64,000 nucleotides of DNA, taken from positions 8,122,001-8,186,000 of the forward strand of contig NC_043008.1 of assembly GCF_006345805.1 (NCBI RefSeq), read 5' to 3'. The translations under genes and the position numbers were made by a program. Under the pieces are notes generated by a model, which was not told the DNA's origin, ran no database searches, and saw nothing but the letters and a program-made list of their open reading frames with translations. Below, piece by piece: positions 49,072 through 62,963 of the stretch (its first letter is position 1; every line of letters starts with the position of its first letter). The stretch comes from Octopus sinensis (lineage: Eukaryota).

Positions 49072-49907
49072 ACTTTTTAAAAAGAAATATTCTATGACAA
49101 GGAATAAACTTCAACACCTTTATTTTTCGCGGTCTTCCAGTTCATGCCAAAGTTGCTATCAAGAAATTAGACCATCTCTCACCTGATATTCAACTTCCGT
49201 AGTCTTCTCGCGGTTCTGTCTCACTGCAGAACTTTATAAAGATCTTTCTTTATATTATTCCATATTTGTTCTTGTGCACAATAATTTTCTTTTTCCTTTA
49301 ATTTTGATTTAAACCTTTTTCTCTGTTTGTCCCATTTCCTCGTTAGGTTTCCTGTCTGTCCGCCCATGGATTAGTCAACATACAAATGTTTAACTTAGTG
49401 TACCTTTCAACTGCTTCTTTTGTCCGTAAACACTAACTTTATTTTCTCTCCAGCAATGTAAATAAAACATCGGTCCTTAACTGACTTAGCGCCACTAAAC
49501 TACTAAAACTTACTGCATTCAATGTTTTCCATATCAAAGAGTTTTATTAACATACTATCTCAAAGTGAGTGTCATGGACATATCATTGGTGCATTACTTT
49601 ATATTATATCTGAGAATTTTAAGAGTATCGACCAAAGGACAGTTTTTGAATTATACCGCAATTCTTGGTGTTGTAGCTTGATTTAATACAAGTGACTCTC
49701 CTTGTAATTATTCTCATAATTGCTTAGGATTACTTCGAGAAGACACTCTACAAATGTGCCTGATATTCTCTGAGTGGGAGATCACAGTCTTTCGAAGTTA
49801 CAGTTCATTTCTAAATTTTCTGGTTTACATGTTCATATAATGCATGCTTAATATTTTAGTAGTTTCAATATATACTACTCTGCCTGTAGTTGTCTTGCGT
49901 CTATACC

Positions 49908-50300
49908 TATTTCTTTACTATCCACAAGGGGCTAAACACAGAGAGGACAAACAAGGAGAGACAAACGAATTAAGTCGATTACATCGACCCCAGTGCGTAA
50001 CTGGTACTTAATTTATTGAGCCCGAATGGATGAAAGGCAAAGTCGACCTCGGCGGAATTTGAACTCAGTACGTAGCGGCCGACAAAAAATACTTATTTAT
50101 TTACTATCCACAACAGGCTAACCACAGAGAGGACACACACGGACAGACAAACGGATTAAGTCGATTATATCGACCGCAGTCCGTAACTGGTACTTATTTA
50201 ATCGACCTCGAACGGAATTTGAACTCAGAAAGTAGCGGCAGACGAAATACAGCTTAGCTTTTCGCCCTGCGTGGTAACCTTTCTGCCAGCTCGCCGCCTT
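49908..50300 (-). mobile_element. SINE family B, dimer with 15-bp target-site duplication
   Basis: One head and two bodies. TCTTGCGTCTATACC lies at 49893-49907 and 50301-50315. Confidence 0.92.
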
Positions 50301-52314
50301 TCTTGCGTCTATACCAATATGCTTTACCCTATAAGCTTTAATGTCAGCAAAGCTGTTCTGAATAGGACAGTATGTACGGTCAGTACATACATATCCGCTA
50401 CTAGAAGATACGAACTTGCATTTTATATCCGAAAAATTGATGCGATTTGTTTTGCAGCTACTATGAATTCTGATTATTCAGTTAGAGAGATAGAGAAATG
50501 ACAGACGAAGAGAATTTTAGGTGTGGGTCCTTATATGTGCTTCAACGCTAGTATGGATCATTCACAAAGCAAGCTGGAACCTAAAAAGATAAGATAAAAT
50601 AAAAGCTAAAAATAATTTTTCTTGAAATGTGTGTAATTATTTTCTTTTATTAAATTAAATCATAAACATTCCTGCTGCCAAATCTAAAGTCAATTTTAAA
50701 TTGATAGTAATTATTTTCATATAATATTTTTCAATTTAATAATAATGTCTATATTGATGACATTTTTATGGTGTGGAATTCCGTGCAATTCAATTAATTC
50801 TTGGCAAACCGCCACTCCCACAAATTTTGCAATTTTAACTAAGGAACAACTGTTTTATTTCAAATTTTCAACTCTGTTGCTCTTAATTTAATTTACTTCC
50901 ACACAGTTGATTCAAGTTCAAGTCGGAGCATTCAACCTCAAGCTGTTTCTATACTTTGCTGATAAATTTAAGTAATATGTTATTTAATTTCTGGTGATGG
51001 GAGGATTAGGAGAGGAAATTTAAAGGGACATTAAGGTTTTAATTTGAATTCCATGCATTATGTATACTACCAGAAAAATGCCCTCCGGGTGGTTTTCTGT
51101 TTCTCGCTCAATACCATTTATACATTTCATTCCTAATTTCCGTAATTTTTGCTTTATCTTACACCTAATTTTTATTTTTAACGTTTATTCGGGTAATGGC
51201 TCTCAGTCCACAGTAAAGGAAGTTAGAATATTACCAAGAACTCAAAGACAACTTTAGAATTAATGAAGACCACCGACTGTGTTTACATACCCACGGTAAT
51301 TACTCTTCTTTAAACTCAAATGTATCTCATCTTCTAGGAGGTGGCTTAGTATGGAAGAAATAACAGGAACCAGGCGGTTATATACTGAGGCTTATATCAT
51401 ACAAACAACCTTACCAACATATCTATATCTGATTATTTATTATTTTCTGAATATGCCAGAGTGGAATTGTCCTCAAAAGAAATTATTTTCCAGCATGATT
51501 GTAATCGATATCATCAAATCCTTAAACTTATAAGGAAACACATTCGGTGGAAAATGCTTTAGTTGAACGATTATTTGTTTGGCTTTAGTTTCTGTCTTTC
51601 CACAGAGAAGAGTTTGAGGTTACATGTTATTCGGCACTGATATCCAATTTAAACTCAATTTAGAAGCTTTCAATATATCTCAATAATTACATCTCTTCAC
51701 CATCCGCAAGTGCAAATCCATGATATAATCAGCAAATTCTTAAATAAATTTGATCCAGTTTCGAGAGTATAGCACATTATCCACTTCAGGACGACGTTGA
51801 AGAGGATGAAGTACGAGAAATAGACTTGTGTAAACCGACAGTGGTGAGGAACCGGCCTAGTATAGTGCTTTGTTTGGTGCAGCGATTCCTGTAGTAAAGT
51901 ATCTTGCAACTGTTATCCTTTGCCGTTCTTGCTTCATAGAGGTACGTGGAGTATCATACCAACCGGTATCAATCTCGCTGTTACACACGATACAAACGTA
52001 ACTGATTACAGTTTGGCTATGGAGGGTTGACTCAAAGAAGGCGTGGAGCAGTAAATGTCTTGAACTACTGATTTTAACGATGCCTGCTTGTTCCTAAGAT
52101 GCATTTTTAGTTTTCTCAGCCAGCCAATAACCTACTCTGGCATGCTTAGGATGCACTATGACGAGCGATGACAACAATTTCTCTGCCTTTTCCGCTAGAC
52201 AATTTATTGCCGCTATCAAATCAAATATGGTCTATCCACCGCGGTCCGGTAGTTTACCAAAACATCTTTCAACTACTATCGATCTACTATCGATTTATCT
52301 CTGTATCTAACAAT

Positions 52315-52319
52315 CAAAC

Positions 52320-52350
<31 letters not shown>

Positions 52351-52355
52351 CTATA

Positions 52356-52431
<76 letters not shown>

Positions 52432-52475
52432 GATCTGTCTATCTATCTATCTATCTATCAATCTATCTATCTAGC
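52315..52475. repeat. (CTAT)n microsatellite
   Basis: Directly visible. Confidence 0.97.
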
Positions 52476-53107
52476 TATATATATAATGTAGGATAAATTT
52501 TTTTCGAAAACAAATTCTATCAATGGCCAGCATATTAAAAAATACCTTTAAAGATTAAATTATAAACAACTCATAAATAAGGGCAAACGAAAAATTTTTT
52601 GCAGTAGTGTGCGTACTGGGGAAAAAATTATATGGTATATGGACAATAGGTCCAATTTTCGGCATATTTGGCATTAGAATTTGTTCGTTTGCCCTTATAT
52701 ATATATATATATATTATATTCTCCATGATAACCACTGCAGGTAACATATTTCCACTTTGTATTTTACAGAGTTTGTAAAGCGGGGATGTATATATTTCTG
52801 CTGAAGGCGTTACGCCATATCCCATCGTACCTATACCAATTACTGTTGTATGTTGCAATGTGGGGGGGGGGGGACTTTGTGGCACCAATATTTTTACATG
52901 ATTTCCTCACTTCAGCGGAAGCTCTCTAACACTGCAAGAAAATCTATCTTCCATGTTTATAGAATTTAGTAAACAAGTTTATTTACCGCTGTTTGTTGAT
53001 GCCTGCCAAGTCAATATTAAATTGTCTTCAGTACTAATATTTTTTTCATTTGCTTACTCGTAATTTATGGCTAATTATCTGTCTTTCTCTCTCGCTCTCC
53101 CCCAGTG

Positions 53108-53140
<33 letters not shown>

Positions 53141-53335
53141 TATATATGCGTATGGGCACGTGTGCGTATATGTATGTGTCAGAGAGAACGTGTTGTGTGT
53201 GTATCTTTGTATGTATTAAGGTATGTATATTTGCATATATGTAGATATAATATATATACATACATACATGTATATCTCTATCTAGCAATATATCTATAAA
53301 TCTATCTATCCATACACACACACATATACACATTT

Positions 53336-53339
<4 letters not shown>

Positions 53340-53404
<65 letters not shown>

Positions 53405-53935
53405 GCATCTATATGTAAGAATATATTCACCGAAATTTTGCATAATTGCATCGATTTATTATTCCTTTAATTCATCATCAGACTTCATTTCCTCTCTTCA
53501 ACAATAATTTAACGTCCATTACCTTCACGACGTAATTAGAGTCTGAGTCACACACAGCCGTCTCTCTTTTTCAGTACATGTCTGATGTAAAGGATATACT
53601 GACAGCGTATTGATATCAATGTTGTCTTGTGATGAAAAACAAAACTCTTCCAATCTAATGTTTTCCAATCAACAACACAAATTATTCAAAATGTTTTTTT
53701 TACCATAAACATACTGTATGATTTTGGTGATTCATATATATAGAGCTTATTTGTGCATTCCAGTAACTACCCAGTAGTATTTTGTATTGTTTTTCTCTTT
53801 CAATATTCCTATGCAAACGTTTGTGGGATTGACACAGAACATGTAACACATACTTAGTGTCAATTATATCAATATGCCTGTCTCCATATACTCGCCTATA
53901 TATGTGTATATATATATATATATATTATATATATA

Positions 53936-53988
<53 letters not shown>

Positions 53989-54125
53989 GTGTGTGTGTGT
54001 GTCTGTGTGTGTATATATATATATTTCACACTGCCTGGAGGGTTTGTTGTTTCATTTTATTTAACACACACACACACATACACACACACACATATATATA
54101 TATACATATATATGTATATATATAT
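53340..54125. repeat. (TA)n/(TG)n/(CA)n microsatellite cluster
   Basis: Arrays at 53340-53400, about 53895-54022 and 54064-54125. Confidence 0.85.
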
Positions 54126-54469
54126 TAATACAATTTAGGTAAATATACATATATAGACACATATATAGACAAGGTGAGGAGAAATATCCGTGAAATGTAA
54201 ATAATGTAGGTTGAACGACATTCTTTATTTAAATTCACTGCCCCAAATTATTTTTATACTCATATGAAATTGGTGAGATGATATAATTAACTTTCTTGTT
54301 TAATCACCGTCATCCATCAATGGTGCAAGGTATGTTTCTTCAGATGATTATTTCAGATAAGTACTTCGTTTGGCCATAATATATGGTCAAACATTGTATG
54401 ATGTGGAATACCCATAACTGTGTGTTAGTTTCCACAATTTGCAGTCAGGATTAAACGCAGTAAATTCGC

Positions 54470-54645
54470 GGGCAGGGATTAAGTCAATTGTATCGACCCT
54501 ATTGCTCTAATGGTACTTATTTTATCGTTCCAGGGAAGAATGGAAGGCAAAGTCGATCTCGGTGGAATTTGAACTCAGAACGTAAAGACGGACGCAATGC
54601 CGCTAGTGATTATGCCCGGAGTGCTAATGATTTTGTCAGCTCTCC
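54470..54645 (-). mobile_element. SINE family B, diverged
   Basis: GGAAGGCAAAGTCGATCTCGGTGGAATTTGAACTCAGAACGTAAAGACGGACG. Confidence 0.85.
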
Positions 54646-55387
54646 ATAGGTACATTAAATGAAGAAACAAAAGCATCATCGAAATACAAAATACAGAAAT
54701 AAAGAAACAGACTCAGAAAGTGCCAAATTATCTATAAATTACAACTATATCTTCATGGTCAGATTATAAGGAAGAAAGAGAAATGCGGCACAAAGAATAA
54801 AATTAAATGTTTAGAAATAATAATGTGTTAGAAGTTCTAAAGACATTTCATTTCCGTGCTTAGCTGTTTGCTAGAAAAGGATATATTATATATGTTACAC
54901 ACTCTGGCACCATTCCACAATGGAATCAGCTTTTATAGAAAGTTAATTTATGACATCCTAGCTTTTATATACGCTTTTAAAACAATTAAAAATATAAGCT
55001 AGTAGCTGAAGAAGTTAGTACAGAAGTTAGTATGTAATTTATCGATAACTTCGCGATTTTTGTGTCTATTCCGTTCTTGTTGTGTTTTGTATTTTGTTTC
55101 GGTTTAGTTTTCTCTTTAAATTGTTGAAAATAGCACACTGCTTTCGGTATTGATTCTCATGGAGAATGAAATGATATTAAGTCCGAACAGGTGATTATTT
55201 AAAATATTCACCTGAAGAAACACATCTTACACATTTGATGGATAATTGTCATTACACAATATGTTGATTATATAATCTCACCAATGAAATAGGAGTGCAG
55301 CGGTCTGTGGATAAAACTGCAGGTATTTTGAATAAAAAAATGCAGATTATTCCGTTTTCTATTATCCCTGTATTTATATATATATAT

Positions 55388-56442
55388 ACTGTGCTGGGCC
55401 CACTTCTTTTCATCATTTACATTAATGACATTAATGACATCATCAAACACAGCAACATAAAAATCTTTGCAGATGACTCCAAGCTACAGAAGGTCATAAA
55501 TGAGGCGAGTGACCGGACATGCCTTCAGTCAGATCTACTGGCTGTTATCCAATGGGCAGAAAAAAACAATATGCTGCTGAACGAGGATAAATTTGAGCTA
55601 ATCCACTTTGGAAAAGAGGATGCCCTGAAACTCCCATACTCCCTTCCTTCAGGTGAAACTCTCGCGGCGTCCAACAACATCAGAGACTTGGGAGTAATTG
55701 TGGACAACAACGTAAGCTGGGCCACTCATATAAACACCAAAGTTGACATGGCCCGCAGAATGTGTTCCTGGATTCTCAGAACTTTCCAGTCGAGAGATAT
55801 CCACACCATTATCTTCTCTTCTCCACTTTTGCCCGACCCCACCTTGAATACTGTTGTCCACTGTGGTCTCCCCACACAATACAAGGTATCATAAAAGTTG
55901 AAGCACCTCAAAGGGCAATCACAAAAAAGATAGATGGCATGACAGGCCTCGACTATTGGGGTCGACTAGAAAAGCTAAAACTCTATTCTCTCCAACGTCG
56001 TCGTGAGCGCTACATCATCTGCATGATGTGGAAAATATTCCATCAGCATTGCCCAAATGATGTTGGCATCACCTTAAGGTACATCCAAGGCTTGGGCCCG
56101 TGCCATCCGCCCAAAACAAAAATCGCACTCTCATCTCATAACAACAATACGGCACAATTATTTCACCTCAATTGGCCCCGCTCTCTTTAACATTACACCA
56201 AAACACATTAAAACAGAAACTGACCCTATAGGGTTCAAGAAGTCTTTGGACAGATTCCTTCAAGAAATCCCGGATAAACCCCCTACACCCGGATATGTCT
56301 CTGTAAACAATAACTCTCTACTTGAGTGGGCCATAGTGCCCAAATTCTGACTTGAAAGACTTCACCAGGTGGTGCTATTAAGTTAGACATGGCCTGGGCC
56401 AATAATGGCCGAAACCTATCAAAGTATCAAAGTATCAAAGTA
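55388..56442 (+). mobile_element. CR1/L2-group LINE, 5'-truncated 3' end (RT domain, one frameshift)
   Basis: TVLGPLLFIIYIND, IFADDSK, IRDLGV, RPHLEYCCPLWSP and YSLQRRRERY motifs. The 3' tail is (TATCAAAG)3. It sits between TA runs. Confidence 0.95.
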
Positions 56443-57949
56443 TATATATATATATATATACATATTTCAGATCTTTATCTCTAAAAAAAGGTTCAAAGAG
56501 ATGATACGTAAGCATATGTATTGGTATTTAGATACTACATATTGAATGTTTTTTGAACCTATCGGTTCGAGTTTGCATATTGATAGATACATAATACGAG
56601 CACAAATTTGACATATACTTAAGTCACATTGTTACAAAAGAAAAACTCATACAAATACCAGACAAAGTTGAGCATAGCTTTGTGTGTGTTTTTCTACATG
56701 TATCACAGGCACACAGATACACACACGCAGTCACACATACACACAATGTATATTATTCGTTGAAACAAAAGACGTTTATATAACAAACCCTAATCCAGAT
56801 GGCGCATTTGTAAGGAAATGCAAATGGGACGAATGAAACCTGGGAAATTTAATGCTATATTAAGATTCTTTAGAAACAGAGTACACATATGAAGTAGCTA
56901 TATATATTTTGATCTTGAAAATAATGATTTTGGCAATACATCGAAGGCCAGAGGAGAATAGAAGGCAAAACAACGCGATGAATATCCACTTCAAAAACCA
57001 TCTCTTTAGGACCTACAACTTTTCCGACGGCATACTAAACTAGGAATGATAATATATTTGATATTGTTATTATTGCCTTAAAATACATTTCAGGCATAGA
57101 ATATATTATGCGTTTACATTTCCACTAATGATCAGTTTCTTCAAATATACGTTTACCGTAAACAGGTTCGTCTTAACATATAATATGCATCTTTGCATTT
57201 ATATCTGATAAGGGGTTAAGGAGAAATAGGTATAGTGAATAATTAAGATAATTTTCGAGATTATTCCGTTATATTATAATTTCATATGTCAAACATTCGG
57301 TAAAGAAGTCTCAAATTAATTGTACAACATTGTGGAAGAGTACGTGAGATATTTCGCATGCTCTAGAGAATAAATAACTGTGAGTCATTACTAAGCGACG
57401 GCATGCACCTCTTGGAAAATATATCAAGAGAGAAATATTAACGAAATTATACTGCAAATATATTTCTTCTTTTATCTGTATTTAGCATATAAACTGCTCT
57501 TTATGAATTCTAGCATTACTTATTAATTTACTTTCACCAAGCAGATTTTCAAATGGTAAAAATGATTTAATATTAATGCTGCGATAACATTTCTTGGGTT
57601 TCATAACCACTATACAATTGATAAGGACGCAAGTAACGGATAAACGAATACTGTGTGCGTAAAACACACACACACATAGACACACATGTGTGTGTACGTA
57701 TATATATATATATATTCATGTAAACACAAATATGTGAATATATATGTGTGTTTGTGCATGTGTATGTGAGTATATGGGTGTCTAAAAATGAATGTGATTT
57801 AAAAAAAAACAAATGAATTTTGTAGGCATTACTTTTTACTATTTGAAATAGTTTAAATTGCATATGGCGCTTGAATAATACTTCCGTTGTGCAAAAGTTT
57901 TAAACACTGATGCATTAATCTATTTACTGCATTATTCTCGAATCCTCAC

Positions 57950-58400
57950 TGAAACTGTTCGATCTGTTGAATTCATTTCTTACCAGCCATTGTTATCTTG
58001 TCTCTGTCATCTAATGAAGACGGTTCTTTATTGGATAGAATAAATGGAAATCAGGCGGTAATTCATTCCTGAACTATGCTGGATGAGAGATATCGGGCAA
58101 GTTAAAGTTTATAATTACTGGAGTCGTTCATTTTCTGGGTGTTCACATGTTGACATAGCAAATAGGGATTTTCATATATTGCTTTTGGTAGAAACCTCCT
58201 GATGAGCTTGTTAGCGACTACTATACAAAACCCTGATCGTATCCCAGGCAAACCCCTCAAAATCGACAACAATGGCTTCATTCTTATCGAGAAATCAATT
58301 CCCATACCATTTGGTAGGAATTGAAGATGTATCTTACTACTCATTAAACTGGGCCGCCGTTTCCTTACAGTGTAAGGCTGATGGTGTAAGGCTTACACCA
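57950..58400 (-). mobile_element. Mariner transposase C-terminal remnant, highly decayed
   Basis: Minus strand DISHPA*FRNELPPDFHLF (58093-58037) resembles HPPYSPDLAPSDFHLF. Confidence 0.5.
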
Positions 58401-58460
58401 TCAGTCTTACTGCAAATCAAATTTACTACGCTATTTGTCTGTTATTAATATATATTGTGG

Positions 58461-58854
58461 AAGGCGGTGGGCTGGCAGAAATGTTAGCATGCCGGGCGAA
58501 ATGCTTTGCGGTATTTCGTCTGCCGCTACGTTCTGAGTTCAAATTCCGCCGAGGTCGACTTTGCCTTTCATCCTTTCGGGGTCGATTAAATAAGCACCAG
58601 TTACGCACTGGGGTCGATATAATCGACTTAATATCCGTTTGTCAGTCCTTGTTTGTCCTCTCTGCGTGTAGCCCCTTGTGGGTAGTAAACAAATAGGTAT
58701 GTCATCTGCCGCTACGTTTTGAGTTCAAATTCCGCCGAGGTCGAATTTGCCTTTCATGCTTTTATAAATTAAGTACCAGTTGCGTACTAATCGGTCTAAT
58801 CGACTGGCCCCTTTCCCCCAAATTACGGGCCTTGTGTCTAGAGTAGAAGAGAAT
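58461..58854 (+). mobile_element. SINE family B, dimeric (tailA then second body with tailB)
   Basis: Same architecture as 14003-14384. It restarts at TCTGCCGCTACGTT right after AAATAGGTAT. Confidence 0.9.
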
Positions 58855-60568
58855 AATATTTTTTATTGAGACATTGTGTTGAAGTAGATGCCATTCATAA
58901 AACCTCTCGAAGCATCAATGCATGTCATCCTCAAAATCCGCTACTGGTAATTTTTCATCTGCTTACGATATACAATTCGTTTTCATACCTCTGTAAGTAT
59001 AGCCTTGTCTAGCTTTTAGCTGTTTTTCTCAGGTAATCGAATTTCATAAATGACTTCCTAATTGCTCCAAATTTTCAGTTCACAAAAATATATAATCCAG
59101 CAGCGCCTACCTGTTTCTATGTAAAAACAAAATTCAACGACACACATGTCTTGTGGGAACGTGAAATAAATTTATTATGTGTCACCTACAATTTGCTTCC
59201 TCGCACGTTTAAGAACTTCGGATTTACATTTTACACTTTATAAACTCAGAGACATTTATACTATACTTATATATATATATATATATAGAGTACAACAAGG
59301 AATTAGAGATCATGAGGTTTCGAAGGCAGGTTTCTCTAACAGTAGAAAATTATAGAAGGCAGTGCAGAGGGGGAAGTGATTATACATGTATATAGAGACA
59401 TACAGTACCCTTAGTAAAATTAGTAAAGACGCAAATACTACGTACTCTGGTACTTCACATTCGACACGATGGAGTGTTGTACCATTATTAGTACTAACCT
59501 ACAAAATTGTTTTTAGTCAATCGAAGTTTTTAATAACTGTGAACTCTACACACTAAATATTTTTAATACTTTTAGCTGATAGAATTAACTAATAAATATT
59601 CTGAACCGATTTGGAGATATACTAACGATATACGAGATATATTTATCTCAAATATAATGCTAAGATATTTGTTCGAAGCTGTTGAAATGCATATTAATGT
59701 GCGCTGAGAAACTTTCAGAAGATTTTCTGATTTTTGAAATTAATTTACTGTAAAGGATATGTCAGATTATGATGTAATGTTTTTGAGAATAGATAAGAAA
59801 AAACATCGATTTAATGAGCAAATGTTTCATGTCAAACCGCTTCCCAAACTGTCGATCATGGAGTAAGTGAAACGAATTTCGATGTAATATGCATACAATC
59901 ATACATAATACGTACAAATATACATATATGTATAGGACGAGATCTGTAGCCTAGACATCCAAACTAGACATCCAACAGTGGTACCGACAGGGTAAATGCG
60001 AGACGAAGTGATGGCCGTTGTTAAGCTCAGTCAAAGTTAACTCCATTTTTTTCTGAGTTGACACTGTTTTCTCTCCCGTTTCAACATTTTCGATGCCTGT
60101 TAGACGTAAATCACATTACTAATTAATCGACGAAGGTCTCCCGTGAGGGTGAACCAAATTGTTTAACTACATTGTTGAATTGTTAGTTGTAGTTTTTTCG
60201 CCTGAGAATCTATAATTATTTTCTTTAAAGTGGTGGAAAAAGTAAGTGAATATTTGGAATTTTAATGACACTAAAACTGATACAAAATAGGGAAAAAGAG
60301 AAAAAAAAGGAAAAAATGATATAAAAATGTTTTAACTAAAACATTTAAAATGACACTGCTTGTGGGTGGGGAGCATGCAGCCATTTCATTTCCATTATAA
60401 TTCAACCTTCATTCGATTATTATGTGTTGTTTGTCCCAACTGTGGTGTGGCCGTAGTGCCGAATAAAGAAAGAAGTTAAGGTCAGTCAAACAGCCGTTAA
60501 ACGTCGCATTGCATTAATGTGTAGTGATGTCTACTGTGGTTGTCCATACATTTGTTTAATAAATGAAA

Positions 60569-60943
60569 TCTTTATATATAAAAGAGAGGTTGTGTAGATT
60601 CCTAACTACTCCCACATTTTGCGGTGCAGTTTAACCAAAAGCGGGTATCTTATAGTCGTGATTCATATCAAGCCCTTCTGGGTATTAGCGCGTGTCTACG
60701 ATGAGTCTACGATTTTAAAAAAAAATTACCATTAATTTTTCCCATTTTTAATGCATTTTTGGCATATATAAGGGAAGTAACTCTCTAAAAATGTATAATT
60801 AAATCTCAGAACGTAAAAAGCCTCAGTAACACCCTCCTTTGTGGTTAGCCATATTGAGATGGCTATTATACTTTACATCTCTAAAAAATGCTTATATAGT
60901 TATTTCCCTTACAAACCCGAGCAACGCCGGGCGATACTGCTAG
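60569..60943 (+). mobile_element. Non-autonomous Helitron
   Basis: A|TC...CTAG|T termini with no TSD. Hairpin CCCG-AGCAACGC-CGGG (60916-60931) lies 8 nt before CTAG. Confidence 0.85.
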
Positions 60944-61178
60944 TATACAATAAATATAAAGATGAAAATTCGAGACAATTGAAACATTTTGGACAGCTCA
61001 TGAGCTGAAACTGGAAAAATCAAAAATCAAAAAAAAGCCTGGTCGTCAGTTTGTGTTACATTTTGTGGATGCGTAACGTAGGGCAAGTGGTATGATATTC
61101 AGTAGGCGTCAAAATAGATTTGTAAGTCAGATTAATAATAAAGTTAACAAAAAAAAAACGAAAAATAACAAAACTTAC

Positions 61179-61220
61179 GTTCACCATCTTTCAAATGCTA
61201 AATCTATAGCTAATAAAACC
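61179..61220 (-). other. Possible start-codon exon (5'UTR + ATG GTG AAC | GTAAGT)
   Basis: Long polypyrimidine tract, TACACAG acceptor, AAAGATGGTGAAC and a perfect GTAAGT donor. No downstream exon was identified. Confidence 0.25.
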
Positions 61221-61585
61221 CTGTGTATACGAGATGTTGATAAGGTAAAAAGAGCAAAGACGCAGTTAGATAAGAAATACAGAAAACGCGTAAATACAGA
61301 TTTTTAGTAAGAACGAAATAAAAAAAAAATATCATTACACGAACTAAATCAGTCCGATTCTGATGAAAAAGGTATAACCGGATCTACACATTTATCTACA
61401 CGGATATTAACATTTGCATTTGCGTTTAAGGCAAAATATAGGATATAGCGTATAGCTCCCGTCTAGATGTAGTCTAACCGCATAGTGCTATCTCTGTGGG
61501 AATGCTAGTTTCGTCGTTGAAAGCCCGACAGCTGTGCTTCGATTTTGCGGCTTCAATAATGATAGTGGTGAAGATGCGAATGTTA

Positions 61586-61597
61586 TTGTTGTTGTTA

Positions 61598-61679
<82 letters not shown>
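61586..61679. repeat. (ATT)n microsatellite
   Basis: Directly visible. Confidence 0.97.
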
Positions 61680-61682
<3 letters not shown>

Positions 61683-61842
61683 TAGTTTTATTTTTATAGC
61701 GTGCTTTCACTTCACTACCGAGCGCAGCTCTGTGTACCTTGGGTATGTGCTGTGATTTGTTGTGATGCTCTGATGGTTATTGTATGGAAAGTGTTCTGCG
61801 TAGGATGTGTGCAGTGCCTAGTAGTGCAATTTTCTGTATGTT
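61680..61842 (-). mobile_element. R4/Dong-like 3' end in (ATT)n
   Basis: Minus strand NIQKIALLGTAHILRRTLSIQ* plus the 3' UTR shared with 35251-35450. ATT/GTT arrays lie on both sides. Confidence 0.88.
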
Positions 61843-62696
61843 ATTATTATTATTATTATTATTGTTGTTGTTGTTGTTGTTGTTGTCATTACTACTGCAT
61901 TTATTTGACTTTATTTGAAACAAATATCAATTGAATCTTTGTAGACCATATTTAGATAGGTCGCTAATCACTAAACATCGATTATTTAATTTCAAGTATT
62001 TATACAGGTTTGTAAAAGTTACTACCTACTAATAACATTCTTCTCATTAAAATCAAACGATTCATTACTTTGGCCATCACATTCTTTTTGATTATCGTTC
62101 TGTCAGTATTGGCGCATTTATCACCACAGGCTGCAATCGTAACGCACAGATGCTGGAACGAGATTAAATCTGTATCTCTACAGCTCTATCTTTAAACATA
62201 TTACCAAATATTGACTTAATGATTGTATTCCACAGCCATGCTCATCTTAATGTTTTAGATGCTAGTATGTTATTTTCGACGACGGCCACTGAATGTATGC
62301 ATATTTAAATGGCATAAGACCTATACATGAAGTAAGAATGAAAGCAATGCTCACCAAGTATGTATTTTGAGAATACACATCTCATAGTTGCTTATTATGT
62401 CTAATCTGGAATGATAAACATCATAGTTAACCCATCAAAAATTTATATTAAAAAAAAAAAAAAGAATAACAACCGGAATTATACATATAATTACCGAGGC
62501 CCAAATGATGAAAACTCTAGATACGAAATTAATTATGACATGGTTTTCATATTTTTCATAAAGAAAAATTGAAAAAACTATCTCACACAATTCATAACAT
62601 AAAAATTAATATAAATTATATATATATCTGAGGAGATTTGAAGAAATACGTATCGTTATATTGAGTAATTTGAATGATCTGCAGTTGTTTGAAATG

Positions 62697-62918
62697 TGTG
62701 TGTGTGTGTGTGTGTTTGGTGTGTGTATGTGTGCATGCACGTGCGTGCGTGCGTGTTTCTATTACGTGGTTTCTTGGACAATATGGTTTGTTCTTCCAGG
62801 AAAATGGCATTGAAAGTTATTTAGAATACTGTGAGTGCCTTTCCGAGTGTAATTTTCCCAATTCTAAGATTTTCGTTCACATTATTTGCATATATAAGAT
62901 AGGTAAATACATGTAGAT

Positions 62919-62963
<45 letters not shown>

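Noticed and set aside
52790-52850. VIGIGTMGYGV, a Rossmann-like GxGxxG motif on the minus strand
   Set aside because: It is short, flanked by a poly-C/G run and a TA repeat, has no further dehydrogenase similarity and no convincing donor site.
58195-58225. CTGATGA-GCT-TGTT-AGC-GACT
   Set aside because: GAAA is replaced by GACT, there are no stems I and III, and it lies in a mariner remnant.
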